The translations under genes were made by a program, and so were the position numbers. From the NCBI GenBank assembly GCA_973895155.1, contig OZ316897.1, positions 6,027,327 through 6,091,326 of the forward strand: DNA of 64,000 nucleotides, given 5' to 3'. The notes under the pieces are model-generated. The model did no database searches. It was not told the origin of the DNA and was given only the letters and a program-made list of their open reading frames with translations. This DNA comes from Marsupella aquatica. Its lineage: Eukaryota > Plantae > Marchantiophyta. Each line of letters begins with the position of its first letter. Within the stretch, counting starts at the first letter, position 1. Below, piece by piece: positions 38,741-51,660 of this stretch.

Positions 38741-41700
38741 GAAAGAGAGAAAAAATGGAATACCTGTTAGCTGAAGGAGGGAGAGAAATTCGTGATGAGA
38801 ATCTTATCGTACGAGAGGTACAAACTTTCTGCGAAGACCTGTATTCACCCCCAGACCGGGATACTGAGACCCTTAGGAAGATGCACTCTGCACGGAGAGT
38901 GCTGACCCGAGCAACTCACTTTGCCCCATCGGCTGCAGAGATCAAAATGCTGGAGGAACTTCCTTCTACACGCGAATTACAGGAGACTCTTATGCTACTC
39001 CCTAATGACAAGGCTCCTGGCATAGATGGGATGACGGCAGAGGTATTCAGAGCTTGTTGGCATTTTCTACAAGCAAACTTTCATGCTATGATCTGTGATT
39101 TCTGGTGAACTGGGAATCTGGCCTTCTGCATCAAGGAAGGGGTAATTTGATTTATACCGAAGAAAACCGACAAACGCCGCCTGGGCGATTGGAGAGCACT
39201 AACAATGTTGACCACCACCTACAAGATCCTTGCCAAATTGGTGGCCCTACGTCTGAGATTACTCCTGCCCAAGCTGATTAGCCCTCAGCAAACTGGGTTC
39301 ATACCTGGTAGACACATTCTGGAAAACATCTCCCTCACATGGCTCACCCACGACTGGATCAACTGTACTCGAACTCCTTCACTTTTTCTCAAATTGGATT
39401 TCGAAAAGGCTTTTGATAGGGTAGATCACTCGTATATTTGGGAAACCATGTATTTGTTAGGGATCGGACCTCATTTCATCTTCCTTGTTAAATCTCTACT
39501 CAGTAATGCTTGCTCTAAGGCCTTGGTGAATGGATTATGGACTGCTGACATTCAGATGCGCAGAGGGGTACGGCAAGGCTGCCCTCTCTCTCCTCTGCTC
39601 TTTGCTATTTCTACACAGCCTCTTATGGACTTCCTTAAGGCTGAGATTACTGCTAGTCGACTACAAGGGATACAAATCTCCCGGACACTAAACATTTGCT
39701 ATAGGCTATTTGTGGATGATTTAGGCCTCTTTATCCCAGCCACTACAATGGCCTTTGAACAGGCAAGATGTGCTATCCACTGTTATGAATGTGCAACAGG
39801 TGCTAAGCTCAATCTGAGCAAGTCGGTGGTTGTGCCTCTAGCTCTGGAGGAGATTCTTGTGTGGCTGCAGAGCACTAGTTGGGTGATTAGCAAGGAAGGG
39901 GAGATACAGAAATATCTCGGGGCACCTTTTGGATTTGGTCTTTCAGAAGCACAACTGCACTGCTTTTGTCTGGATTGCATCAGTGCTAGACTCTCCTCCT
40001 GGACAACCCGGCTCCTTTCATTCACGGGCCGTGTCTTGCTGGTTAAATATGTTCTACATGCTATCCCTGTTTATCATATGATGTTTCTTAAATCCCCTAC
40101 TGCCTTGGCCAAGAAACTGATTGCTTTGAGTCGGGTCTTCCTGTGGGGGATTAACAAGCAGGGCGGGAAGCGGATACCACTGGTTGCATGGCACAAGCTC
40201 TGCCGACCCAAGGTAGATGGGGGCCTTGGACTTAAGGAATTTTGCAGTCATTCTGATGCCTTATTGAGCAAGTGGTTCAATAAGGCCTTGGATCATCCGG
40301 AGGCTGAGTGGTCGCAGATGTATGCAGCGAACTTACTACTGACAAAATGGCGTAACTTCAAGACAGCGCGCAGGAATTGCTACTCATTGCAGGATAAACT
40401 ACTTTTGAGCACCCCACGCTCTTTTGGTAAGCTTACCTATACTGGACAGATCTGGAGTGCCTGGGAGCAGGTGCGACGACATTTGGTTTTCTATCCAATT
40501 ACCAGTGCTATCCCGGGGCACTGGGGAGTTGAAGACTTACTCCGGTGTCTACATGGATTCTATGATCTTTCTGAAAGGACAAGGGCAGATGTTGTTATGG
40601 TCTGTGGCAGGTTAGGGATGAGGACGGTCCAAGATTTCTGGTCTGCACCCCATAACGATTGGAAGTGCCTCACTGACAGGATGCAAAGGCTACATGGATT
40701 AACCAAGGTTAATAGGACCTGTTGCCTGGCCTTTTTTGCTGCAATTCAGAGAACTGTATTTCTTGGGAACAATTTGGATTCATCTGCTAGGAAGTGGCGT
40801 TGGAATGATGTGGATTCTCAAATTAAATCTTTTGCCTTACCAAACCATAGAATCTACAAATTACTGTGCACTAAGGGATCAGACTACCTCAGACTCAACA
40901 GGATCTGGGAAGTTTCATTATCTGTTTCTGAATGGAGTGATGCCTGGCAGATACTCTGGATCTCTGACCTCTCCTCTAAGGCTAAAACCTTTCTATGGAG
41001 GATTATCGCCCAGGGCCTCTTTTCAGGATCTAGAGCATTGCGAATTGCTAATTTTGATGGACTCTGTGCGCTCAGATGTGGAGTGGTGGAGAACATTCCA
41101 CACATTTTCTTTCACTGTCGGCATGCACTTAACTGTTGGAATGAGGTTAGCGGATGGCTCAATGGTGAGCTTACTGACCGACCTATGACTATTATTGGCC
41201 TACTCTTGTCCTGTCGACGGAAATCACCTCTGTGCATGCTATGTGTTTATCTGATCTATGAGATTCTTCATAGCATATGGCTAGCACGGAATGGACAAAC
41301 TTTTGATCTATCCCGGAAGCGTATTTTCAACCCGATTTCAGCTATCTGTGAGACTCTAGATCATCTGTCTGCCGTTGCTGCTATAGCTGGCTCTAGCCGG
41401 AAGCATACCCGACTGGTTAGTGCGGTTTCACTCTTGGAGGGTGAAAGAGATAGAATTTTGAGGACTGGTGTTAGACAGGTAGAATCTGGATGACCAATGA
41501 ACATTCATTGTAGCAAAACTCTGTTAGATCCTGGTCTGTTCATAACTCTACCACCTCTTTGTGTTGACCCTGCCTAAATGTGATTGACAGGGCAGAGAAT
41601 AGTTCAAAAGTAGCATGTTGATGTGTTTGACAGTTCTGGATTGAGTTGCCTGCCTTGTTTGGTCTTTTGACCTCACTTACAACTCAAGGAACTGGTTTCT

Positions 41701-41815
41701 TGTATGTCCTTTTTCCCTCTTTGAGGTGCTGTTGCCTCTTTGGCCTGCTTGGTCCCCCCATCCGTGGGGTTCACGCGGAATAAACAAACAATTTAAAATT
41801 AAATTTAAAAAAAAA
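38741..41815 (+). mobile_element. 5'-truncated L1-clade LINE (ORF2 reverse transcriptase plus zf-RVT), pseudogenised
   Basis: Motifs KAPGIDG, QQTGFIPGR, LKLDFEKAFDRV, RGVRQGCPLSPLLF, LFVDD, KYLGAPF and ENIPHIFFHC. AATAAA and poly(A) at 41779-41815. Probable TSD GAGGAAAAGG at 38731-38740 and 41816-41825. Confidence 0.93.
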
Positions 41816-42458
41816 GAGGAAAAGGAAGCCCAGAAGAAAGAGACAAGACGACGTTTGAAGTTATGTAGTGAGTGCCTTGGGTTAACAATTGATGACTAGC
41901 TATGCAACCGTGAATAAGACCAGTTGAACCTGACCTGGAGACCTGAACTGAGCTGAGTTGAGGCCCCATATGAGGAAGAGCCAACAATAATGACTTTGTA
42001 GACTTCAAAGATGTTGTAATTTTGAAACCTTAAAAGGGTTTAAAATGAATAAAAAGGAGAAGAAATAAAGAAGAGTGTTTCTGAAAAATCTTGGATGTGG
42101 GGCTTTTAACAATGTTAGTAAAAAGGAGAAAGTAGATAGGAAAAACTCATATTGATAGCGAGACAGAGACATTGCTAGCGAAGCAAAACCTCACATTTAA
42201 CTTCACTATTTGGGAGAAAAACACTAATATCAATAATTTCAATCCATCGTGAGAGTTGCTAGCAAACCTTGCCAGCAAAAATTGTTTCTTCATATCCAAA
42301 ACCCTATGAACCAAAATAGTACCAATAGTATTTTATTGAGATGACTTGAGATGATACATAACTAATTTTCCATTCTCAAATACATAAAAAGTACCACTTC
42401 TTTCTAAAGTGATATTTATCCACAAGGATGAGGAAATATCAAGAAGATTTGGACAAAA

Positions 42459-45400
42459 TCAATAGTCATCTAATCCTGACTGAACATCAACAGAACTATC
42501 GGAACCTGAATTGTCTGTGTTTTCCTCGCTAGTAGATACTTCACTACTCTCAGATCTCGATGTTGACTCAACCTCCTCATCTACAAATCTTGAGGCACGC
42601 ACAGCCTCATTATCAATCAGAGGATGCCTCAAAAACTTCCTATCAGATCCCCTCAACAGTCGTCGCCCCTTCATTTCCCAAGTCACTATGGGACTCTTAT
42701 CGACATCCTTCATTCCTTTTTGTATATACTCAGGAAGGTCCCAAGGCTTTTCAGGAGTATCCAGAAATGCCTCCTTAATTTTGCGCCGTAGTTGAAATCG
42801 TTCCTCCTGTTTCCATTCCAAACTCCCTTCTCTATGGAAATGAAGCAAGACTGAACTAAGATGTATGAATTTTTATTTTGCAAAGAGAGTCAAAAAGGAA
42901 TTAAAGGTCGAGATTTAGGGAAGAAGCTTACGATCATTACTGAGAATCTTCCTTTGAAGGTGATGGAGTCTTGAGATCATCATCACCAAGAATCGCCAAG
43001 TCCTCCTCTTCATCACCCAAGTCAACCACAGACTTTTTCCCTTTATCCAAAAAGTCTGAAACCATTTCCACTTGAACTTTCCTCCCATGGACTGCTTGCA
43101 AAGCATCCGCAGCTGATTCCCCAAAAGCCGGATGATCCTCTAGCCCAATGACACGTCTCCCGGAGTAATCCCCGGCAAAATAACTCCAACCTTCACCCAC
43201 AGTCCAATCGAAAACTACATCCCCCGGATTTGTTAACAATTCGATCACAGTCTGCATAAAAAACCTACAGAAACATGAGCCAACCCCGCGAAACCCATAT
43301 CCAACAATCCACTCTCTTTGGGAATAGAGAGGCTAATCAAAGATGACACAGAGGGATCCTCCGAAGAAGAGAGTGCCTGAAACTTCTTATCCTTTGGAAC
43401 TATCCCGTCCGAAGACGTCTTACAAAAGACATCGAGAACAAGATTGAAAACCTAGAGGGAAAACAGAACAACGATTTAGAAAATGAACCCAAATCTTGAA
43501 GAACTTTTTCTAGAAGGTGATTGCTAATGAGGGTTGCTATCAAAATAAAAGTGAACTTACATTAAAGTCAATGTTCTCTTTCCATAAAGGAGCTGGAAGC
43601 AAAATTGTGTACGATTGTGCATGCTTGAAAAAACCACGAGCTTGAGCAGCACTATATACGGCTGACGTGTGATTAAAATCATCACTATGAAGAACAGCAA
43701 GGAATCCATCATCAGAAAGATACTGTTTGGAGATATTGAAAAAATGTGCGGGGAGGGATTTGTCCCAAACATTCCACTCTGGAACCATTTTGTTAGTAAT
43801 GAGGGGACAGAGTCCTGTAGGAAGATAGACAAAACCTAAATCAAAACCTGTTTCCGGAAGGGACTTTTTGTCCAAAACTATCGGAGTTTCCCTAAGGCCT
43901 CTCGATAGGAGGCTCTTCATCCAAATGTCACACTCTCGAACCCATGATGGTTTCTTCCTTTGGTTGACAATTGAGTTGGCGGAGTCAAGCAAACTTCACT
44001 TGAGAAAAATATGTCTATTTTCCCCTGCAATAAACTCTATTCCTTTCCTCTCCAAACTAGAGTTTAATCTTGAATTGAATTCGGCCTCCTCATCCAAGTC
44101 AACAAAATTGCGTTTCTTCTTTGTTTTCTTGGAGCTCCCCAAATCTGCCACCTTCTTTGACTTTTTCTTCTTACTAGTTTCCTCATGAGATGCTTCCTCA
44201 TCCGCGTCTGGATTGGCTTCCTCTCCCGGTTGGTTGTGTGAACTCAATGAGCGCCTCTTTTCTGAAAAAGCACTGGGAGGTCAGAATGTAAACTTCAGGA
44301 ATACACAATCAAAATATAACTTATTTTGATAGCGAGGTTCGCTAGCAATACTTACTTGTTCTGAGAGATTGCTGGGAAGCAGAAACCTTTTGAGAATCTG
44401 CCTTTTCAGGGGCCCCGACTTTCACTCTTGACTTTCGAGTGAGGTCGACATTCACCCCTTGCCTCAAACATACTTCCTCCATCACGGCACAAGCCATTTC
44501 TTCCATCTCCACTGGACCAAATTTGATCTCAGACAAAATATACTTGGGCTCCTCGCCCTTCACAATCTTGGTGTACGCCGATCTTTCCGTTTGGTCAAAA
44601 GCAGTTGACCATTAATCACTATCGAGATACCAGGGACAATTAAAAACTCCCCACGCAATAAGGTCTCTTTTGGGGTGAGAAGCATCCGCAAGATACATTG
44701 AAAACTGAGGATACGTAACATTCCCGTCTGCATCTCGCCCAATGCTTGCCAATCCAGCAAAACAAAGGGGGTAACACCAAAAATACGAATCACTACTAAT
44801 TTCCCGATCTACAAAGAATCGATAAACATATCGCTTAGCCCTTCGATGAATTACATCAACATCAAATTTGTCACCAGACTTGGTTATCCAAATTGCTCGG
44901 AGAAACTTAGATCTCACACGAAATGCATAATCCTTGAAATCATCGAGTATCTGCTCCTTCAAAGATTCAAGATCTTTTTGAGGTGCTGACTCTAAACGAT
45001 CTTGAGGAGCACTTAATCCAATCTCATCCAAATAGGCTATCAGCAAATGGTTAGAAATGGATTCAACCGATGACCACATGGACCATGTGTGGCACCATTG
45101 CTTGGTCTCATTCTCGGTGCCTCAATCAATTGGCATCGAAGAAGTGGATCTAGAGTTGAGACAACAGTGTACATTTGAGCCCGATCCAATCCACAACCCA
45201 ATGTTTGACGCCCTTCTCGCTTCTCCCTTTCGCAATACTCATACAACTCTAGCATTTGGCAAGAAAACCCCCGTATTCTGGATTCAAAACAGTTGCTAAT
45301 TTATTGTTGCGGATAGACCATTCTTTTAGTTGCAAGGCAAACATCTCATCATGAAGCCTCTTCCTCTCAACATCAGATCACGGCTCTCTCTTCATGAACC

Positions 45401-46734
45401 CGCAAATCTTCTAGACCCGCAGCGATGTTTGCAGAGCACAAAATGTATGTGAGTGCATCCAAACTCATTTTTTTTAGTACCACGCCTTATTCTTCACATT
45501 CGCCATCCTAGTTTCAAAGATCTTGTAGCTAGCAGGATCGATGATCTTCTCATAGTAAGACAGATCATATTGGAGGATTTTCTTCACCCGGTCTGCATCC
45601 AAAATCCAAGAATTCTCCACTGTAACACACTGCCCAAGCTTGGACCCACAAAGGAAAAGGATATCAGTATATTAAGCAATCACTTAGGGAACCTAAACCA
45701 CTTGCACAAAAGTGAAACAAAGCCAGAAAACTTACTTGTTGAGCTCATGCATCGCCGACTCAATCTCAATGAACGAATCACGTTTCCCCTTCAAAATGCG
45801 ACATATCACCCGAGGATGATACTTTTGTCGTTGGGGAACTGCTTAGCAACTATCATCCATGAATATAGACGATGGTTCCCATCAAAAACCGAAAACATCT
45901 TGTCCTTAAGGTAGAAGAATTCTGGATTTTTGTCACATTTGGCTTCAAACGCGGCATTTTGTTGAACCCAAACATTGCCCCAAGTTGCTCGAATATCTTC
46001 GGTGACCAGAATCTCAGCACCTTCCGCATCACAAACGGAAACATAAAACTTGGCCAACTCGTCAACGTATCCATTCGTCTTGAACTTGGAGATAAGATCT
46101 TGGGGGGTTAACTAAGTGTATATTTTGGGGTACCACGTGCGATCCTAGCCTAATATAAATAGACCTATTTTATAAAGAAAATATTCCAAGAATATTCTCT
46201 ATTTTTATATTAATAACCTAATTTACTTTATAAAAGGTATATATTAGAGAATATTCTATAAACATGAGTTTATAATACCTTCTTTTGCCTCCTACGCATT
46301 TTAAAAATTTAGTTAAGTTCTATCCAAAATACCTATTTTGGATCGCACGTGGTTGCTAAGATTTTTTATAGTCAACCCCCCGAGGATAAGATTGTCGATA
46401 GCTCGCGATTGCACCTGGAGCAACCTCACCAAGTCCATGTTCATGAGTCAACAAAGTGGAATCCTAGGAGGTTCTTGCATGTCCCCCCTTCGTTCAACCC
46501 AAACAAAAGAGAGTGACGAGCAAGCACCTTGGAGAAAGCGTCCGGAATTTTGCTGCCTCCCATTGGAACACCGTGTGTGTCTTGAGACATGACTGCTCTT
46601 CTCGGTGTTTTCAGGCCTATGAAAAGAATTTGCCTCTCTGCTGTCGACCGAGTCACTCGTCTGCTTGAGTTTGTAGTCTGTAGAGAGGAGGCAGAGAAAG
46701 AAGTTTGGGAGCGCGGCAAAGAAGAATGATCCAT
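42459..46734 (-). pseudogene. ParB/Srx-domain plus N4/N6-methyltransferase-fold gene, decayed paralogue (copy 1)
   Basis: Motifs LKDKMFSVFDGNHRLYSWM (45854-45910), FDLGFVYLPTG (~43830) and LLTNPGDVVFDWTVGEG...GRRVIGLE (~43140-43240). The terminal exon (42459-~42830) is homologous to 51661-51955. Four introns sit at the same positions and phases as in copy 2. Carries stops, frameshifts and a MITE insertion. Confidence 0.8.
46099..46384. mobile_element. 286-bp MITE with 8-bp TSD
   Basis: TIRs CT(T/C)GGGGGGTT(A/G)ACTA...CCACGTGCGATCC. TSD GATAAGAT at 46091-46098 and 46385-46392. Removal restores the frame VQSRAIDNLISKFKTNGY of the ParB exon. Confidence 0.9.
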
Positions 46735-47459
46735 TGGTTCACCACTGGGCTTGATACCCCTGCAAAATTTTGCACGACTACTCCAAAGAGTGACCGCCAT
46801 TGGGTACGGATAACACTCCACGTACAAAGACACTGTACCAGCCTCCGCACCTCGACTGACCAAGCTATGCAAAGTACAATGGAACGTTTGTAATAACGTC
46901 ATCCATTTCTAAACGAGATATAATACTATCATCCGTATCGAAAGCAACCGGATTTTGGAACGTGTCATACGGTAATAGGAAAAACATACAACGGTAATTA
47001 GTCATACCAACGGATTAATTAACGACAATGTTTACTTAATTACAGATGGTTTAACGGAACCTAGCCTGAATGCACGGATGTTTCACGACAAATTCAGAAT
47101 ATTTTAGAACACATAAGGCGAACATTTGACAATTCAAGTTACCGTTAAATGGTAACTTTTGGTAGCGACCCTTGCTATCAAAACTATTCCATATTTATAT
47201 CAATGAGATGAAGCCAACAACATGGTTAAATTTAGGTCAAATGACCTCCAGAACTAGATGTTGGAAACTCTAAATTTTGATAGCGAAGGTCGCTATCAAA
47301 AGACGTTATCACTTTCTCTAAATTTATAGGATATTCAGTGATATGAGGTTCAATATGCATATTTTTAAGAATAGTTAATGGTAGCGATGATTGCTAGCAA
47401 AATTATCGTTTTTTATTACCGTTGTATACCCGTTGGAAGAATCTATCCGTTACTGTATG

Positions 47460-48867
47460 TGTAAATTGATGACCAAGAATCTGGTGGATATGTACAGTTG
47501 GTCGGCTGGTCTTTGGGGTCATCGGTCGGGTTAAGGTTCGTTGGTCAGCCGTCTCTAAAGGTTCCTGGCGTTTTCGCCTTTCTTACGTTCTTCATGGAGG
47601 GTAGGTCCACACATTGAGGAGTAAACTATTTGAGATGTCTATTTCCTGATCGGTGATTCAATCGGCAATTCACTTGCTCTTGGTGATTCACTCGCTCTTG
47701 GTCTATTCCAGGCGCTCGCTCGCCCTACGCCTCATCGGTGATCATAACGGTGATACTAGTTCCTCCTCAAATGGTAGCAGCTCCTCCTTAGACTCACCGT
47801 CTGATCGTCACAATCTTGAAGCTCCACCGACGCCAATTCTTCCAGTATCCTTAACTGCCACTGTTTTAAACGAGCAAAGTGAACGCCGCCAACGGGAAAT
47901 GTTGCCAAATTGCACCGGCATAGTCTGTAGCTCCAACAGAGGAAAACTTTTGCCGCGACGCCTTCACTCTGCGTCAAGTGCCAAACTTGGGCTCAAAATG
48001 ACCGCCTCGCCGCAATCAAACCGTTGATCCATGGCACTTTGCATTTCTTCCACCAAGTCGGACATCACAAGGAGAAACCCAGTTCAGATGAGAACAAGCT
48101 CCATAGCTTGTGAAAAAACCTGAACGCCTTTGTCACTTGTCATGGCGCACTCGGTAACACCTTGGCAGCAATCCAGCTACCAAAACGACCAGCTCACTTC
48201 AACCTTCAACTTGAGCTATAATGTGCAATCCCTCCTGCACCGCATGGCTCACACCGTTGAAAAATGCGATCTTTGGTCTCTCCCCATATAGCCGTCGAAC
48301 ATGAATAAAACCTAAACGACACAAATTTTAATTCCTCCATACCACGGATACCAATCAGCAAGTTCTAACCCCCATTAGAAAGCCCTCTCACTAACCTATC
48401 CGCTCAGCCACACACATTCAAGTTTCATGCGACAAAACTCTAAATGTACCATCGACAATGAACGCTGGAAAAAACCGTCATGAAAAAACCTCATCACCTC
48501 CCAGGCATGCTTTGATACCACTTGTTGAGCATAGACTATATTCATAACGGCAAGCCCATGAACCATCCAACATACAATAGTCGACACAGAGAGATACGTG
48601 GTTCACCTTCACATAAGGCTACGTCCACGGGAACACACAAGAGCTTTACTGCACTCTAGACCAAATGGCCATACCAAGCATCCACAGCACAAGCTCTCCT
48701 TATCTCTCAACTAGTTCCGTAACAATGAGCCTAAGTTCCACCCAGGGTCTGGCATCAGCCCTGGCTTAATACACAACAACACTATCGCTAACATTAGCTA
48801 AGTCCTAACCTGAGTTAGACCAACTATGGTTAGCTCATGAGTCACAAGACTAGAGCAATATCTAACA
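47460..48867 (-). mobile_element. Truncated LTR retrotransposon: 345-bp LTR (48523-48867), tRNA-iMet PBS and part of the internal region
   Basis: LTR TGTTG...TAACA. On the minus strand the LTR end CA is followed by AG and TGGTATCAAAGC (48509-48520). No partner LTR found. The left boundary is approximate. Confidence 0.7.
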
Positions 48868-48942
48868 AGAACATTAATTAATAAACCCAAGACATGTTTT
48901 ACTCCAAAGGTTGCACCAACATGAATGTCACTTCTATTATGG

Positions 48943-49385
48943 ATGGTAATGGTAATGGTAATGGTAATGTATTATAAGCTCCGGGACCATGAAAGTCAAA
49001 GGAGCTGCCACAAAAAGTAAAGTACAATGCAATCAAAGAAAAGAGCAACCAAAAGAGATTGCTCAGAAGAGGACAACTATGTCCTCAAAGAAACTATGGA
49101 CCTAGAGAGCCCTATGGACCTAGAGAGCCCTGAAAGATTTTCCAAACCTATTCTCCTTTCCCTATCCACCGCAAAGATATATCTTCCAAGTTGCTGAGGG
49201 GGCAGACCAAACAATGCATACAAATCTTTCACCAAGATTTGAGATGCCATCCTAACCCCCTCATAAAACTTGCAAGCAATGAATACATGATATTCATTCT
49301 CTATACTAGAGCTATCACATAGTTGACAAACCCTCTTTTTCCTGTCAATATCCTTCCATCTCCCTTGTTCTACTTGGGGTATTTA
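48943..49385 (-). mobile_element. 3' end of an RTE-like LINE
   Basis: The minus strand encodes QVEQGRWKDIDRKKRVCQLCDSSSIENEYHVFIACKFYEGVR (C-terminal CCHC-type region) and ends in a (CATTAC)n tail at 48943-48969. Confidence 0.75.
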
Positions 49386-50196
49386 CATAAGACAGGAAAC
49401 AGGAAAACAGGAAACCCAAAACAGGAACCGGTGACAGGAAACAGGAAAACCGAATACACCAAACTTAAAGAAAAATACCGGAAACTTGTCTGTTGTTAAG
49501 CAAGAACTTGACACCCAAAATGGGGCTTTTAGAAGATTGTAGTCAAGTCCAAAAAAATGATGTAGAATAGCAACAGGCGCTCGAATACTAAGCCGAGGGG
49601 AACGGTACATTTGAACCTGGGTTATACTGAAAAGCACATTAATTCACCAAGCGCTGCCATTGTAATTGTATAGAATGGAGCTCTAAACAAGAAACTCTAG
49701 CGCGTCCGTCGGACCGGTGCAGATACTAGCGCCGGGCGCTAGTTATATCGCTCAGTCAGACAGAGGCCGATGTGATAAATACGACAAAACCACAGGGACA
49801 ATCGGACCGGCATTTAGGGTTATACATCCAAAAGAACCAACTCCAACCAATTCGCATAATTGAACGCCACCCCAAAATCCACAAAGTCTTGCGATACAAT
49901 TTTTTTAAGTAAGATGGTAGCGCCAGGAGCTTACAAAAGATCAAAGTGATCCGCATAACCACACCGTAAACGGAAGGTATGAAAGTTTCAAAAAGCTACG
50001 CGCATCCGACGCCTCTCGCTTAAAACGGCCGAACAATAAACTAGTGCTAGGCACTTCACCGAACTCCACACAATCGAGTTCCAAAATGGCTACATCTAAC
50101 AACAAGATTTCTAAATTCCGGTCGAGTCCCGATGAAGTCTTCATCACATTGGGAAAAACATGAGCGCAATGGGCACCATAGTCTTATCGACCAACG

Positions 50197-50673
50197 CTAG
50201 CGCCGGGCGCTAGTCCGCTCATTGGTCGATGAGCCACATTCATCGTTCACTCCAGCATTAGATCGGGCCCTATCTGGAACGAAACCGTGCTCACGGTTCC
50301 TCACGAACGCCATCGACGGAACTCGCTCATCACCGGTTCGGGGAAACACGCCAGGAATGGTCATGTTCTGGAAATCAACACGGCCAAGTTCTTCCTGTTT
50401 TCTCATCTCATCCTCCCGAGTTGGACTGTAAGGAGGAGGTGGCCAGTGAATCGTAAACCGCTCTGCAAATCTCCTAGGCGGAGAATCCCTCAGCCATGGG
50501 ATCAGATTGTCACCAGGACTAATGGCTTCGTCTTGGGGGAGACTAAAATGGTTGCGGAAAGCAGTTGTCTCCGACCATTCAGGTTGCTCAGTTTCTGGAA
50601 CCGAGCCCTCCTCTGAAATGATTGTTGTGTGTCTCTGAAAAGAGGCCATGGAGATTCTCCTCGGGTTATTCAT
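50197..50673 (-). CDS. Third, uncharacterised ORF of the element (158 aa, Pro/Glu/Arg-rich)
   Basis: ATG-initiated ORF whose stop codon falls within a palindrome copy. It may be spliced. No recognisable domain. Confidence 0.35.
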   Translation of the reverse strand: MNNPRRISMASFQRHTTIISEEGSVPETEQPEWSETTAFRNHFSLPQDEAISPGDNLIPWLRDSPPRRFAERFTIHWPPPPYSPTREDEMRKQEELGRVDFQNMTIPGVFPRTGDERVPSMAFVRNREHGFVPDRARSNAGVNDECGSSTNERTSARR

Positions 50674-51660
50674 GGTAAGACACCTCTAGGCAGCGGATGG
50701 CAGATGCAAAGATATAGTTCTCAATACGACCCTGGTCAGCGAAAGAGCTCGAAGATTATCGAAAGTGGGAACAGAAACCACTAAAGCAGTAGCGAAACTA
50801 GGCAGTCGGGATTTAATCTCCCAAGTATTATAAGCAAACACGTTCGACCTGGATACGCCCATCGAAATGAGGGAGGGATTGGACGTTGCACCTTCAAAGT
50901 CCCCAAACTACCCGTTCAACATGGAACGGTCACTCCCATCTCACATGATAGTTGCAACGTTTACCATCCCGAAATTGTTTCTGGCATGCAAAGTCCCGTT
51001 GTGACGTGAAGTGACCGTTTTTACGAGAAAAATCCGGTACCAACTCACATGCGAGTCGCGACAGGCCGAACGAACTTAGAACGGGACAAAAGATTACCTT
51101 GAAACTTCCAATGACATCATCCAGAGCGTACGGGAGAATCATTGTAAGATAGCCTTGACCGTCATACAATTATAGTAGCGCCCGACACTAATATTAGAGT
51201 ATTAAAATGTTTACGTTAATAATAGAAGGAACAAACAAAACAGTTATCGCTGACATGTGGAAAACACTTAACGGACAATGTTTCCGAAATATGTTTTGCT
51301 AGCGCCAGGCGCTAGCATAATTCAATTGACAAATAGACACAAAATAAGCGGAGTTGCAAGTCAATTGTTTCCGACCAATCGGAATGTCCAGTCTTAGGAA
51401 GTAAACCTACCCTGAAATGGACAACAGAAAATTGAAAAATATGCGGGTATATCATCATGGACATTAAATTATGGTAGCACCAGGCGATACCATAAAAACA
51501 TTCGAATATAGAGAACATAATAGAATAAAGATACACCAAAAAAGTATTCAATGTATCGAATACATTTGAATAAACGATGTTTCCAGGTTACATAACAGTA
51601 GCGCCCGACGCTAGTATAACTTCAGTGTATATAAATCCCAAAATACCCTTTTGAGGAAAA

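Larger units (their letters stand above)
42256..47396. repeat. Dispersed palindrome TAGCGA-NNN-TCGCTA associated with copy 1 (about 6 copies)
   Basis: 44330 TAGCGAGGTTCGCTA, 47163 TAGCGACCCTTGCTA, 47281 TAGCGAAGGTCGCTA and 47382 TAGCGATGATTGCTA, with degenerate copies at 42260 and 43525. All are in introns or flanks. Confidence 0.8.
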
